IMG/VR virus record: IMGVR_UViG_3300045988_172523
DNA: 60,274 bases
Source: a virus
Reading direction: 5' to 3' (one strand)
Part shown: piece by piece, positions 26,404 to 36,718 of the stretch
Layout of the letters: each line of letters starts with the position of its first letter
Numbering within the stretch: the first letter of the stretch is position 1
Translations under genes and position numbers: made by a program
Notes under the pieces: model-generated
The model's input: the letters and a program-made list of their open reading frames with translations, nothing else
What the model was told of the DNA's origin: nothing
Databases searched by the model: none

Positions 26404-29400
26404 TTATGACACGTTAATGATAATTCCATTCTGTACTTCTACTGTTTTACCCTTGAATCGCCCAGACCAACCATTTTGAGGAAGCATTTTATCAGCTTGT
26501 ACCACACCACCACTCACCAAAATATTCCCGGAATGCACCAACACATCGCCATCGAAATATCCTGCTGAAAATGTTAATGTGTCAGGATAAGTAGGCTTCT
26601 CACGACAACTTCCATAAATACCTGCTCCACCAAATGGAGCAATACCCATGATTGCATTACTAAAATTGTTTGCCTTAGCATAGATGCAGGTATCTCCGGT
26701 CCAATAGCCGTCATATCCCAATCGAATTTCAGCATCTCCATTACTCCAAAGCATGCAATTCCTTTCAACTGTAAATGTTCCTACCTTTCCTCCGTCCTCA
26801 ACAAATATTTTTCCATATACAGATGCATTCCGGCATTCCATGCTCCCGTCTTCCAGTATCTTGAAATTGCCGTTGGCTGTCACCAGTCCCTCCAGCTGTA
26901 TGTGGTCGGCTGTCAGCTTGATTTTGCTCACGGGCTTGCCGTATTCGTCTGTATCTTCCACACTGACCCCGATAAGGGCCACCTTTCCGCTGGCATCCTG
27001 GGCATACAGCCCGGCACCTTCCGGCTTGATCACCAGCCCGGTTTCTTTCAATGCAGCCCCGTCCTTGTCAAAAACCGCCGCTGAAATCTTTACCAGCCGG
27101 TCGCTCTGTTCGAACAGTGTACGGTACTTATAGGCCAGTGCGTCCGCCTTGTTGGTAGAGAATACCAGCAGCGAAATGTAAATCACGCCCGTAAACGACA
27201 GCTTGAAGTCTCCCGTACCGTTCCAAAGGCCGTCCAGCGTGAACATCTTCTCGCCGCCAACGGGCAGGTCTTCTTCATGGCCGAACAGGTTGAAGTTTTC
27301 AAACCCGGTCTTGTCAGCACCCACAAATTCGATTTTCAACCGTCCGGCCTTGATGACCCGGTAGCTGAAGGACAGATACACCACGCCGGGCACCCGTTCG
27401 CCCTGGCTGTTCGTCTGCCGGTACTCCGGTACCAGCCGGAAGTCCTCCAGTTTCTGCATGATATAGCTGTTCCGGATATAGGCATAAGGCACCTTGCCGT
27501 CGGTCCGTATCTCGGCATGCCCGTCCGGCTTCGTACCGTAAGGACCGCCGTTCGCCCAAATCCAGCGTCCGCCCAGGGTGAACAGCGTGGCCTTGCTGCC
27601 CGTCTTCCATTTGTCCATGCCGTCGGCAAAACTGCTGTTGTCCAGATAGCTCTGTTCTTCGCGTATTTCCTTGCGCAAGCTTTCCACGGCTGAATGGATT
27701 TTCCCCTCGGTTATCTCAAACCGCGTCAGGATGTCCTCGCCCGTCATCAACACGAACGTACCCTTCAGCCACACGTTGTCGGCATACAGGCCGTTTCCCT
27801 TCGGTTGGTTGTCTGCCGGGAAAGCGCTGCTCCTGATACCGTCCAGCTTGCCCAGCCGGCAGCGCAGGCAGCCGTTGAAGTTCTTGGCCTTCACCCCGTC
27901 CAGGATGTCGATACGGGGCTGCCCGTCCTCCGTGGCCGCAATGGATATAAGGTTCTGCCGGAGCGGGTTTTCCGTGTTGCCCATCAGCACGCACTCATCG
28001 CCTGCCTCCGGCTTCACCCCGCCAAACTCGCTCACCGGAACCATCACCCCGCCGGCTATCACCGAAGCCACCTCCACCCAGTATGCTTTTAGTTTCTTAC
28101 CACCCGTAACCGCACAGCGCATCAGGTCATGGGCCACAAAGCCTGATTCCTGCTCAAACACGATGCGGTAGTTGTCGCCCTGCTTCACCACGTCCTTGAT
28201 CTTGCCGTTGGCAGCGGACACCACCAGCTGGCCGCACACGCTGCGCACCTTCTCGATCAGCAGTTCCAGCGCCACCAAGCTTTGCCGGGCAGTCACTTTG
28301 TCCACCGTCAGGTTCGTCAGTCCCGTCAGCTGGTCAATCCACAGCTGCCAGCCCTCACCGGTCAGCCCGTCCACAAACTCCGTGCTGCGCAGCAGTTCGC
28401 GGATCACGGCAGTCAGATACTCGGCATTGCCCTCACCGTCCACGCTGCCGCAGGGCTTGCCGCCGGCAGCCTCGCCAAAGCTCACACCCTTCAGGAAGCG
28501 GATGGGCTCTTTGGCCGTGTCCGGCCGGTTCTTGCTCAGAAACTCTTTCTGGCTGCGCCGCGCGGAAAACAGGTTGTTGTCCGTGGGCAGCGTCTTGTCC
28601 CAGCTTCGTATGATGTCCGGAAGGGCAGCGCCTTCCGTCTTTGATTTCGTATAGCTTTTCAGCGCACCGATGCTGTCCGTCACCTTGTCGAACTTGCCCA
28701 CCTGCAGCGCATCACTTATCTCGATGTCCATCTGCCCGGGTTCGTTCACCTTGCGGCTGATTTTGGTGATACGGCTCTGACGGTAGCCTTTTTCCGGGAA
28801 ATACTTCCGGCTCTCCAGCTTCACCCTCCGGCCCACAAACAGGTCGATGCCGTGCTCCTCGATGTATACCGGGTCTGTCGGGGCTTTGTAGGCGGCAATG
28901 TCCAGCCAGTACTCCTTGTTGTACTCGTCCACCGCAACCGCAAACTCCTCTTCGGCCAGCCGGTAATACTCATCCGGCATCCGGATGTTCCACAGGATAT
29001 AGGTGTCGCCTGCTCGGGGCACCAGCTTGCCGCCCGGCAGCTGGGTGTCGTCATCATAGGGCCAGATGGTAATCAGTTCAAATTCCCTTGCCGCACTGTC
29101 GTAGTTCACCTTAAAGTAGTGGTCATCGCTTTCTCCCAGCCCGGCCAGGTCGCCCGTCTGGAACGACACACGTTTGGTCTCGTCGGCCAGCTCGTACAGG
29201 TTGGGGTCAAAGTTCAGTTCCCCGTCCCGGAAGTAATAGACGGTGAATTTGTTCCCTTCCTCGTCCGTCACCTCCTCGCTGCGTACCGAGCTCACCGTAC
29301 CCACCCGGTGGGGGTAGATACCGCTGAAGGCATCCTGTTCGTAATGGTCATAGATGCCGTATTCCTCCACACCCTGCTCGATGTACTTCCTGCCGCCGGG

Positions 29401-30099
29401 AAGCATCAGACGCGGGCTGCCGTATTTCTCCGCATCGATGTTGCGGGTCGAGCCTACCGGGAACAGGCGCGTATAGAATTTGGCCGTGTTGCTCGTATCT
29501 CTTTCCAGGGAGGTCAGCCCCTTGCCATAGCCAAGGGTGATTTCTTCCCCGTGCTCACAGCGGCACACGTTCACCGTCTGCCCCTCAACCCACCATTCCA
29601 CCTTGCCGCCGGCCTTTTCCGCAATGGCTTTCAGCGCTTCGTCGCAGTACATCCCCTCGTAGTCTATCGTGATCAGCTCCGTACCTTCCACCGTACCCGT
29701 CTTCCAGTCAGTAATGTGGCCCATGCCGTCATTGATGGCTTTCACCACCATCGCCACATGCTCGCGGGGCGTGGCCGTCAGGGTAAACAGGGGGTTCGTG
29801 TCCCCGTCCGTCGTCTCCAGCACCAGGAACCGCTTGATCAGGCTCTCCACACCGTACAGCTTCAGGTCATAGTCCCACTCGCCCTCGTTCACCTGCTTCG
29901 GCGTGTAGCGCTCCGTCAGCCAGTACCGTTCGCCCAGATAGTCCGTGTAGTCGTTCACGTCCAGGGGCAGGAAGTCATAGTAGCTGAACGACAGGGAAAG
30001 CACATTGTCTCCCTGTACCTCCTTGCTTTGCGTCGAGCTGTCGTTCACAGCCACGTCCGCACGCTTGGTCCCGGCTTTGTCATATATCGTTAGAAGCAT
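26404..30099 (-). CDS. Tail hub / Tal-like minor structural protein (1231 aa)
   Basis: The N-terminus (MLLTIYDKAGTKRADV...YWLTERYTP...YDLKLYG) resembles the siphovirus tail-endopeptidase N-terminal family. Follows the Dit-like gene and the TMP. Confidence 0.7.
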   Translation of the reverse strand: MLLTIYDKAGTKRADVAVNDSSTQSKEVQGDNVLSLSFSYYDFLPLDVNDYTDYLGERYWLTERYTPKQVNEGEWDYDLKLYGVESLIKRFLVLETTDGDTNPLFTLTATPREHVAMVVKAINDGMGHITDWKTGTVEGTELITIDYEGMYCDEALKAIAEKAGGKVEWWVEGQTVNVCRCEHGEEITLGYGKGLTSLERDTSNTAKFYTRLFPVGSTRNIDAEKYGSPRLMLPGGRKYIEQGVEEYGIYDHYEQDAFSGIYPHRVGTVSSVRSEEVTDEEGNKFTVYYFRDGELNFDPNLYELADETKRVSFQTGDLAGLGESDDHYFKVNYDSAAREFELITIWPYDDDTQLPGGKLVPRAGDTYILWNIRMPDEYYRLAEEEFAVAVDEYNKEYWLDIAAYKAPTDPVYIEEHGIDLFVGRRVKLESRKYFPEKGYRQSRITKISRKVNEPGQMDIEISDALQVGKFDKVTDSIGALKSYTKSKTEGAALPDIIRSWDKTLPTDNNLFSARRSQKEFLSKNRPDTAKEPIRFLKGVSFGEAAGGKPCGSVDGEGNAEYLTAVIRELLRSTEFVDGLTGEGWQLWIDQLTGLTNLTVDKVTARQSLVALELLIEKVRSVCGQLVVSAANGKIKDVVKQGDNYRIVFEQESGFVAHDLMRCAVTGGKKLKAYWVEVASVIAGGVMVPVSEFGGVKPEAGDECVLMGNTENPLRQNLISIAATEDGQPRIDILDGVKAKNFNGCLRCRLGKLDGIRSSAFPADNQPKGNGLYADNVWLKGTFVLMTGEDILTRFEITEGKIHSAVESLRKEIREEQSYLDNSSFADGMDKWKTGSKATLFTLGGRWIWANGGPYGTKPDGHAEIRTDGKVPYAYIRNSYIMQKLEDFRLVPEYRQTNSQGERVPGVVYLSFSYRVIKAGRLKIEFVGADKTGFENFNLFGHEEDLPVGGEKMFTLDGLWNGTGDFKLSFTGVIYISLLVFSTNKADALAYKYRTLFEQSDRLVKISAAVFDKDGAALKETGLVIKPEGAGLYAQDASGKVALIGVSVEDTDEYGKPVSKIKLTADHIQLEGLVTANGNFKILEDGSMECRNASVYGKIFVEDGGKVGTFTVERNCMLWSNGDAEIRLGYDGYWTGDTCIYAKANNFSNAIMGIAPFGGAGIYGSCREKPTYPDTLTFSAGYFDGDVLVHSGNILVSGGVVQADKMLPQNGWSGRFKGKTVEVQNGIIINVS

Positions 30100-30120
30100 A
30101 TTCTAATAGCGTTTGAATGG

Positions 30121-30585
30121 TTATATAATCGGTTTCGGTTCCCGGAACTTTACCCGGAACTTTCCGGCATGCACGCCTTCCGTCCACAGATAGGTCAGCG
30201 GGGTGAACTTCGTACAGTCGGCATACTTCACCCGCAGCTGCAGGTCCAGCTGGGGGAAACGGATTTCCAGCCAGCCGTCCTTCCCTTGCTTCAGGAAATT
30301 CACAAAGGCAAAGTACTGCTTCATCCAGCCTGCCTGGGTCTTGTTGTACAGCGCAAAGTGCAGCGTCACGTCACGTGCCTCATTCCGTGGGGTCAGCACG
30401 GGGCTGTATTTCTCCCCGTGCTCCTCCCGTATGTCCACAGCCGTATCCTTCTTGGCCTTGCTCGGGGTCAGGATGGCCGTCAGGTTCTCCATGCCCCCGC
30501 GCCGGTCTTCCACCAGGAACACGCCGTATTCCGTCCAGATGTCCGTGCCGTTCACCAGCACCAGTCCGCTCAGTATACCAGCCAT
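30121..30585 (-). CDS. Distal tail protein (Dit-like)
   Basis: 154 aa, immediately downstream of the tape measure gene. Synteny. Confidence 0.55.
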   Translation of the reverse strand: MAGILSGLVLVNGTDIWTEYGVFLVEDRRGGMENLTAILTPSKAKKDTAVDIREEHGEKYSPVLTPRNEARDVTLHFALYNKTQAGWMKQYFAFVNFLKQGKDGWLEIRFPQLDLQLRVKYADCTKFTPLTYLWTEGVHAGKFRVKFREPKPII

Positions 30586-30586
30586 A

Positions 30587-33500
30587 TCACTTCACTTTTA
30601 GTCCGTCACGTATCATTTTCTTTATCACTTCCTTCAGCTCGCCCAGGTGTCCGGCGCTCACACCGGTGTTCTCGGCTATCCGGGCCAGATGGCCTTCGGC
30701 CGTGTCCATCTTCTCCGCCACACTTTCCAGCCGGTCATCCATGCTGCTCCAGTGCTGCAGCCCGCTGGTGAACATGCCCTCCAGCTTCGTCCCCTGGTCC
30801 TGCGTCATGGCCGTAAATCCGCCCGCTTTCGCACTCTGGCTGGTGCCGCCGGCTTCGGTCTTGTCGTAGCCCGTGGCTGCCGCCAGGTTGTCACGCAGGG
30901 CAAGGGCTTCGTCCACATACTGCATGTACTCTTCAGTCAGCGCGTTCCGTTCCGCCTCGGTCAGTTCGTTGTCCTCCATCGCCTTGCCGAACTTCTCCCA
31001 CCAGCCTTTCAGTTTTTCGCTGTACAGTTCACCGATCTTGTTACTCAGCATCGCCCGCATGAAGTACTCGGATATATCCTCCGCCGCATCCTTCGCGCCA
31101 TACTTCATGTTCATCAGGTTGTCAATGAAGCTGCTGTACATACCGTCGAATGAAATGCCCGTCAGCCCTTCATACAGCTGGTCGGTCAGTTCCTCCAGCT
31201 TGCCGGCCTGCGCTATGTAGTCATCCAGTTTATCGGTCAGTCGCCCGCCATAGCCGCCCTTACCGGTGTTCTGTATCTGCGTCCACATGTCCACGTTGCT
31301 GCGCAGCGCCTTCATCTCCTCCGGGCTCAGGCTCCACAGGTTCCCGTCCCACTGGCGGCCAATCTGTCCGCTCAGTTTGTCTATCTGTGCCTGGTTGAAA
31401 CCGCCCCAGTAGTAGTTCCAGCTGTGGTGACTTCCGCTGTAGCGTGCCTGTTCCTTCGCTATCTGCAGATAGTTTGCATTCGTTTCTTTCTGGTATTTGT
31501 AAGCATCCCGGTAAGCTTCCACCGATTTTGTCCCCTTGCTTGCCTTGATGGTATCGGTCAGGTCTTCGATGGAAGTCTGCAGTTTCTCGTTCCGGTCCGT
31601 AAAACGGTCTATAGCCGCCTGCACTTCCTTGGCGTTCCCGCCGATGCCGAACAGTTTGTTGAAACCTCCGAAAGACACTGTATTCAGCAATCCCCCGATA
31701 CCTTTCACAAGGGAACCGCCTATCTGTTTGAACAGGTCTCCGCTGAGGATATTGTCGAGTATTCCGGTTATCGCATTGAAAATGGTGTCTATCAATGATG
31801 AGATAATCGGGCCGATACCGTCTTTCAGCAAATCCAGTATGGAGAGAATGGCCGATATGATCTGCCCGATGACTCCGGCACTTGACAGGGTCTCGGACAT
31901 CTGACTGATGGCATCACCGACCTTGCCTCCGATATTCAGTTTTGAAAGACCGGTAAGCATGTTCTGGATTCCTTCAAATGATCCCTGCAAGGTTCCGCTC
32001 GCAAAGCCGTGCAACCCGTCGGATACCATGTTCAACCCGTCAACCGTGTCCTGGGAGGCACTTTTCACCTCCCCGGCAAGCGCCTTCATTTCAGAGGTGG
32101 CGTTCAGGTATTCTTCGTCAGCTGAAACGCTGGACGATTGGGCCGTTTGAAGAGCGATTTTGGTACGTTCTATTTCTGCCTGGTTACCGCTTTCAAGAGC
32201 CTTGTTGTAATCGGTCTGCGCCGCTTTTAACCGGGCGAATGCCGCTTCCTGCTGCAGTTCCGCATTTTGCACGCGTGTTACGGCATCTCCCAAAGCGTGC
32301 ATCTGCGTTTGCAGCCGGGCAAAATCCAATGTCCCGTTGCCACCGGGGAGCATGCTTTGAATACGTTCAATGGCATCGTAAACGACCTGCTGGTCTGCGG
32401 CTCCCGTTTTTTTGAACTCATCCGTCTTGACATACTGTTTAAGTTCGCCAAGCAGGTTCTTCATCTGGTCTGCAAGCAGACCGGTCAAATCCCCGAACGC
32501 TGCTCCCCAGTCTATCTTCTGGGTAAGGGCTTCCATGTCCACTTTGTGCACAGCCGCATCACGCTGCTTCTCCAAAGTCAGCCTTTCTCCCTGGGACTGT
32601 GCCTTGCGGATTTTCTCGGCATATTCTTCAGCGATGGCCAGTTTCTGCTGCTGGAAAGTACCGTATTCCTTCAGATAGTCACGCATGGCTTCCGCCTCTT
32701 CCCTGTACACGTCCGTCTCCGCTTTTTTCCGGGACTCGGTGTTTGAGGCACGGGCTTTTTCAAGTGCATCCTGTTGCTCCCGGGTAAGTCCGTTATCTCC
32801 GGTGGAAAGACCGGCTTCCTTGTTCTCACGCTTCCAGTCGGCTTCCTGCCGGTTAATTTCTTCTTTTCTCGCGTTATAGTCATATTCGATTTGTGCCAGT
32901 TTCTTTTCGGTACCGGCTTGCATGCGGTCTATCTCTTCCTTCCGGTTTTCAGCCTGCAAGACGGCAAGATCCTGCGCCAGCCTGCGCTCTGTGGCAAGCC
33001 GTTGCTTGGCTTCCGCTTCCGGATTCTTCCCGGACTGATTGGGGTCGATATGCCCGCCGATGCCTGACTTCTGTTCCAGTTTCAAGCGTTCCTTGGTTAA
33101 ATTCTCCGCTGCTAATATATACCCGTTATATTCTGATTTAAGCCGCTCTATTTCTTCCTTTTTTTTCCAACGTCCGTTATTATTCTGTTTATAGGATTGA
33201 TCAGAAGAAAAGAAACGGTCAACCTTTCCTCCATATCCCCACCAAGTATCAAATTCACTCTCGTCCTTAGCCTCTGCCTCGGCTATTTTCTCATCAACCT
33301 CTGACGCTTTTTTTACTAAATTCTGTACTTTCGCTTGGAGATAGAGAGACTGTACATAATCCTCACTCTTTTTTATGATGGCATCATACCATTCAGAAAG
33401 TGTTTTATAATACCCGAAAGATTCTCCGTATTTACGGTTCAGTGCTTCCACCTTGGCCTTTTCCTGTTCCTTGCTGCCGGTAAAGTTCTTTATCTCATCG

Positions 33501-34204
33501 ATGACCGATTTCAGTTCAAAGCGTGTACGCACCATCTGGGCACGGCCGTCCTTCTCTATCTCGGTCATTTCCTTCAGCGATATGTTGAATTCATCCACGC
33601 CTTTTTTGGCGCCGAACAGGCTCTTCGTCCAATCCCAGATTTCATCACCGTACATTACCAGCAGCATGATGCCGGTGGTCATGGCCGTCTGCCAGGAAAA
33701 GAGCGAGGACAGGACCTGTTTCCATACCGGTGTGCCTTTCTTGCCTGACTTCTGCAGCTCATCATATTCCTTACGGGCACGGGCCAGTTCGTCCGTAAAA
33801 ATCGGCAGGTTGTTGGAGATAGCCAGGAAGAACATCTGCAGACCCATGGCCAAGGAAGGCATTTCACGCGCCATCTGCTGAATACTGTTGTGCAAGCCAT
33901 TGAACTGGCGCTGTGCATTAGGTATATCTGCAGGAGTGACCTGCACGGATTCCGATTCGTTTTGCAACATTTTCAACTGCGCGTGCAGTTCCTCAAGCTG
34001 CTTCTCCAGTGCATGGATCTGCGCGATATTGGCACTCTGGTCCAGATTGGGGGCAGCTGTTTCTCCGGCAAGGCGCAGCCTTTCCAGTTCAGCCTCCAGC
34101 AGTCTGACGGTATTACGCAGTTCCAATGCCTCACGCTCGGCCTTATTCATGCCGGGCGTAAGTTTGTCCTTCATCAAAAATTCAACTTCTACAGGTTTAC
34201 TCAT
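30587..34204 (-). CDS. Tail tape measure protein (1205 aa)
   Basis: Long helical, coiled-coil-rich protein with internal hydrophobic segments, located between the chaperone ORFs and Dit. Confidence 0.8.
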   Translation of the reverse strand: MSKPVEVEFLMKDKLTPGMNKAEREALELRNTVRLLEAELERLRLAGETAAPNLDQSANIAQIHALEKQLEELHAQLKMLQNESESVQVTPADIPNAQRQFNGLHNSIQQMAREMPSLAMGLQMFFLAISNNLPIFTDELARARKEYDELQKSGKKGTPVWKQVLSSLFSWQTAMTTGIMLLVMYGDEIWDWTKSLFGAKKGVDEFNISLKEMTEIEKDGRAQMVRTRFELKSVIDEIKNFTGSKEQEKAKVEALNRKYGESFGYYKTLSEWYDAIIKKSEDYVQSLYLQAKVQNLVKKASEVDEKIAEAEAKDESEFDTWWGYGGKVDRFFSSDQSYKQNNNGRWKKKEEIERLKSEYNGYILAAENLTKERLKLEQKSGIGGHIDPNQSGKNPEAEAKQRLATERRLAQDLAVLQAENRKEEIDRMQAGTEKKLAQIEYDYNARKEEINRQEADWKRENKEAGLSTGDNGLTREQQDALEKARASNTESRKKAETDVYREEAEAMRDYLKEYGTFQQQKLAIAEEYAEKIRKAQSQGERLTLEKQRDAAVHKVDMEALTQKIDWGAAFGDLTGLLADQMKNLLGELKQYVKTDEFKKTGAADQQVVYDAIERIQSMLPGGNGTLDFARLQTQMHALGDAVTRVQNAELQQEAAFARLKAAQTDYNKALESGNQAEIERTKIALQTAQSSSVSADEEYLNATSEMKALAGEVKSASQDTVDGLNMVSDGLHGFASGTLQGSFEGIQNMLTGLSKLNIGGKVGDAISQMSETLSSAGVIGQIISAILSILDLLKDGIGPIISSLIDTIFNAITGILDNILSGDLFKQIGGSLVKGIGGLLNTVSFGGFNKLFGIGGNAKEVQAAIDRFTDRNEKLQTSIEDLTDTIKASKGTKSVEAYRDAYKYQKETNANYLQIAKEQARYSGSHHSWNYYWGGFNQAQIDKLSGQIGRQWDGNLWSLSPEEMKALRSNVDMWTQIQNTGKGGYGGRLTDKLDDYIAQAGKLEELTDQLYEGLTGISFDGMYSSFIDNLMNMKYGAKDAAEDISEYFMRAMLSNKIGELYSEKLKGWWEKFGKAMEDNELTEAERNALTEEYMQYVDEALALRDNLAAATGYDKTEAGGTSQSAKAGGFTAMTQDQGTKLEGMFTSGLQHWSSMDDRLESVAEKMDTAEGHLARIAENTGVSAGHLGELKEVIKKMIRDGLKVK

Positions 34205-34407
34205 TCCAGTTTGCTTTGAAAAAATCCTACTATATCGTTCGCTTCATCCTCGGCACTGCGCTCCGGGTGGCGGTCACACTTACCGCTGCCCCTCTTCTGC
34301 CGCACATACCGCGGCGCGTCGCTCAGCATCAGTATCAGTGTCTGGTAGTTCACACCGTCCAGAATGTAGTCCACACTCCAGCCCGTTGCCGATGCTATCT
34401 GCCACAC
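34201..34407 (-). CDS. Tail assembly chaperone, distal ORF (possible frameshift extension of 34446..34934)
   Basis: Sits in the -1 frame relative to the upstream ORF. That frame is open for about 50 codons upstream of the annotated GTG. Confidence 0.4.
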   Translation of the reverse strand: MWQIASATGWSVDYILDGVNYQTLILMLSDAPRYVRQKRGSGKCDRHPERSAEDEANDIVGFFQSKLE

Positions 34408-34445
34408 GAAACCGAAAGGGCTATGGGAACCCTCATACCGGGTCC

Positions 34446-34934
34446 TTAACTCCCCATCCTTGCCTGGCTCAGTCTCGGAGTCATCGGGTTCGCCCGCGCC
34501 GCCGAGCTGATAATACGCATAAAATCCTTCGTGCCCATCAGCCGCTCAAACGTTCGGAACAGCGCCATCAGATACTTCCACTCCACAAAGTTCCGAAGCA
34601 CCCACGCCGTCACCCCAATGCCTACATGTCGCGACACATAGCCCCGGCACACCGTATAGGCCAGCAAACGGCTCACAGCCTTGCCATGTTCCGCTACAAA
34701 GGCCAGTTCCTCGGTCTTGTCCTTCGGCTGCCAGCCGGGTTCAACACCCATCTTCAGGTATTCCCTGGCCAACAATATCTGTCCGCGCAGCCTCGGACGC
34801 TTCATCGTCACGCGTACCTCCAGCGGACGTTTCAGCCACGGGATCCTCCACCTTTTAAGAGGAACGGACACGCCGCTGTCCAGCAGCGCATCCGCACACT
34901 CCATCTCTATCAGTTGTTCCAGCCGGTTGTCCAT
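34446..34934 (-). CDS. Tail assembly chaperone-like protein
   Basis: Position between the major tail gene and the tape measure gene. Confidence 0.5.
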   Translation of the reverse strand: MDNRLEQLIEMECADALLDSGVSVPLKRWRIPWLKRPLEVRVTMKRPRLRGQILLAREYLKMGVEPGWQPKDKTEELAFVAEHGKAVSRLLAYTVCRGYVSRHVGIGVTAWVLRNFVEWKYLMALFRTFERLMGTKDFMRIISSAARANPMTPRLSQARMGS

Positions 34935-34937
34935 ACG

Positions 34938-35516
34938 TTAGCCTTTCTGGTTCAATGTCTGTACAGAGGCAGCCGCTGCTCCCGCTGCAGGCAGCTTGTG
35001 CTGCGCCCACTCTTCGGGCAGGGCTCCCGTATCGAATACACCGTAAGGCTGCGAACCATCCTCCGGCATAGCCACCTCCAGCGTACATTCTATCTTGGCC
35101 GTTTCCGTCAGCGTCAGCTTACCGCCCAGGTTGCTCAGCAGCGTGCCGTTCGGTATCAGGATGCTCCGTCCGCTCACCAGTGCCAGTTCGAAAGGACCTT
35201 GCATCAGCAGGGCGGCCTGCGGGGCGGTCCAGCCTGTCGGATTCTTCTTCTGGCTGTCTTCTTTCGCATAGTGCAGCGTGCCGCCCAGCAGGACATGCAT
35301 GTTCTTGTAGTCCGTCTGAATCACGTTGAACGTGGGGGCGATGCTGCCGTTGCTCTGCGGAATGATCAGCACGGGGGCACCCGGTGCCTGTTCCGCCTCA
35401 ATCTTGGCGGCTTCGGGCTTCTGGCCGTTCAGGTCAAACGAGCCTTTCTCGATATAGCCTATCACGAAGTCATTGTATTTCACGGCTCCCAGGCCGTACA
35501 TAAAATTCTTGTTCAT
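34938..35516 (-). CDS. Major tail (tube) protein
   Basis: 192 aa, first gene of the tail block upstream of the chaperones and the TMP. Confidence 0.55.
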   Translation of the reverse strand: MNKNFMYGLGAVKYNDFVIGYIEKGSFDLNGQKPEAAKIEAEQAPGAPVLIIPQSNGSIAPTFNVIQTDYKNMHVLLGGTLHYAKEDSQKKNPTGWTAPQAALLMQGPFELALVSGRSILIPNGTLLSNLGGKLTLTETAKIECTLEVAMPEDGSQPYGVFDTGALPEEWAQHKLPAAGAAAASVQTLNQKG

Positions 35517-35986
35517 CTTCTTTTCAGTTTCATGGTTAATAACACACCGGCCAAGATGCCGGCCAATACACCTGTCATAAACGTCCGCATCCGGTTCGGA
35601 AGGCGTTTTTCTACTGTTTGAACGTCATTTGAAATTTCGCTCTTGGTTTCGCTACGGATGCGCGCCAGCTCTTCTTCATACCATAGCACCAGCTGCTGCA
35701 GACTGTCACACGAGGCTTCGGCCACGATGTTCCCGCTGTCGTCGCTGCCTACGGTCAGATTCGCCTGTCCGCTCTTGCCACGGTACACGGCACCTTCAGG
35801 AAGCTTACGGAGGCTGTCCGCCGGTATCGTCAGCTTCACCGCACTCGCCGGTATCCCCGCCATCACCAGTCCCGCCCGTCGGCTTCCGCTCGCGCTGTCG
35901 GCGCTTGCCGTTTCCGTCTGTGTCTTCTCCACCGTCATGCTCTTCCTGCTGCTTGCGCAGCCCGCCAAGCACAGGACAGTCATCAT
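35513..35986 (-). CDS. Lipoprotein with C-terminal TM segment (outer-spanin-like / unimolecular-spanin-like)
   Basis: Start taken at MMTVLCLAGCASS (lipobox LAGC). C-terminal FMTGVLAGILAGVLLTM. Overlaps the 3-prime end of the upstream gene out of frame. Confidence 0.45.
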   Translation of the reverse strand: MMTVLCLAGCASSRKSMTVEKTQTETASADSASGSRRAGLVMAGIPASAVKLTIPADSLRKLPEGAVYRGKSGQANLTVGSDDSGNIVAEASCDSLQQLVLWYEEELARIRSETKSEISNDVQTVEKRLPNRMRTFMTGVLAGILAGVLLTMKLKRR

Positions 35987-36284
35987 GATGACGGCAACTG
36001 TTGGCAGTGTCAATGGCCTTGCGCAGTCGCGCCATTTCGCGCTTGTTGGCCTGCAGGTCTTTTCTTGTTGCATTCAGTTCTTCTTTTAAGGGTACCACAA
36101 TATTGCTCACCAAAACGCGGGTGGCATGTTCCGCGTTGTCCACACGCACACCCTCCGCGTCGGCTTCGGCCTTCATCGCTTCCGCTTTCGCTTTTCTCAC
36201 CGTGGCACGCAGGGAACCGATGGCCGCTGCGGTGCCCACAAGGCCGCCGCTAAGAATGATGTTCATGATCTCGCTAAAGTCCAT
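35805..36284 (-). CDS. N-terminal TM plus coiled-coil protein (inner-spanin-like)
   Basis: IILSGGLVGTAAAIGSL followed by a charged helical region. Follows the holin-like gene. Confidence 0.4.
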   Translation of the reverse strand: MDFSEIMNIILSGGLVGTAAAIGSLRATVRKAKAEAMKAEADAEGVRVDNAEHATRVLVSNIVVPLKEELNATRKDLQANKREMARLRKAIDTANSCRHHDDCPVLGGLRKQQEEHDGGEDTDGNGKRRQRERKPTGGTGDGGDTGECGEADDTGGQPP

Positions 36285-36313
36285 ACCACCCGTTTTTTTA
36301 GTCAGTCAACCTT

Positions 36314-36703
36314 TTATTCTGCTTCCTCGCGTTTCTTTCGGAATAGTCCGATAACCCATTGCACCAGTCCCGTGTCGGCTACCCCATTGGCTACAAGTGA
36401 GGCACCAAAACCATAGAGCAAGGCAATGTCCCAGCTCACATCACTCACAAACCCCGCATCAAGCCACCACAGCAGCATCACGCATACCAGGCCCACACAC
36501 CAGCTTACCAGCTGCGTCACCCAGCCTTTCATCTGGGGGAACAAGCCCTTCAAACCTTCGGTAAGCACCACCACACCGGCTGCAAAACCGGCAAAGGTGC
36601 CAATCATTGCGTCATAGTCCGTTGCCGGAACATCAGCCCCTTGGGCCATCACAGTCGATACCGCACCGAGCATCAGCATCATAAACAGCATAATTCGTTT
36701 CAT
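36314..36703 (-). CDS. Holin-like multi-pass membrane protein
   Basis: 129 aa with several hydrophobic helices and a charged C-terminus (RKKREEAE). Adjacent to the amidase. Confidence 0.5.
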   Translation of the reverse strand: MKRIMLFMMLMLGAVSTVMAQGADVPATDYDAMIGTFAGFAAGVVVLTEGLKGLFPQMKGWVTQLVSWCVGLVCVMLLWWLDAGFVSDVSWDIALLYGFGASLVANGVADTGLVQWVIGLFRKKREEAE

Positions 36704-36718
36704 TGATTGTTTCTTTTA

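Noticed and set aside
28852-35621. Plus-strand ORFs 28852..30093 (413 aa), 33888..35621 (577 aa) and similar ORFs opposite the tail genes
   Set aside because: Same shadow-ORF signature: biased R/H/P/L composition and no motifs. They also overlap the well-supported Tal, tape measure and tail tube genes.
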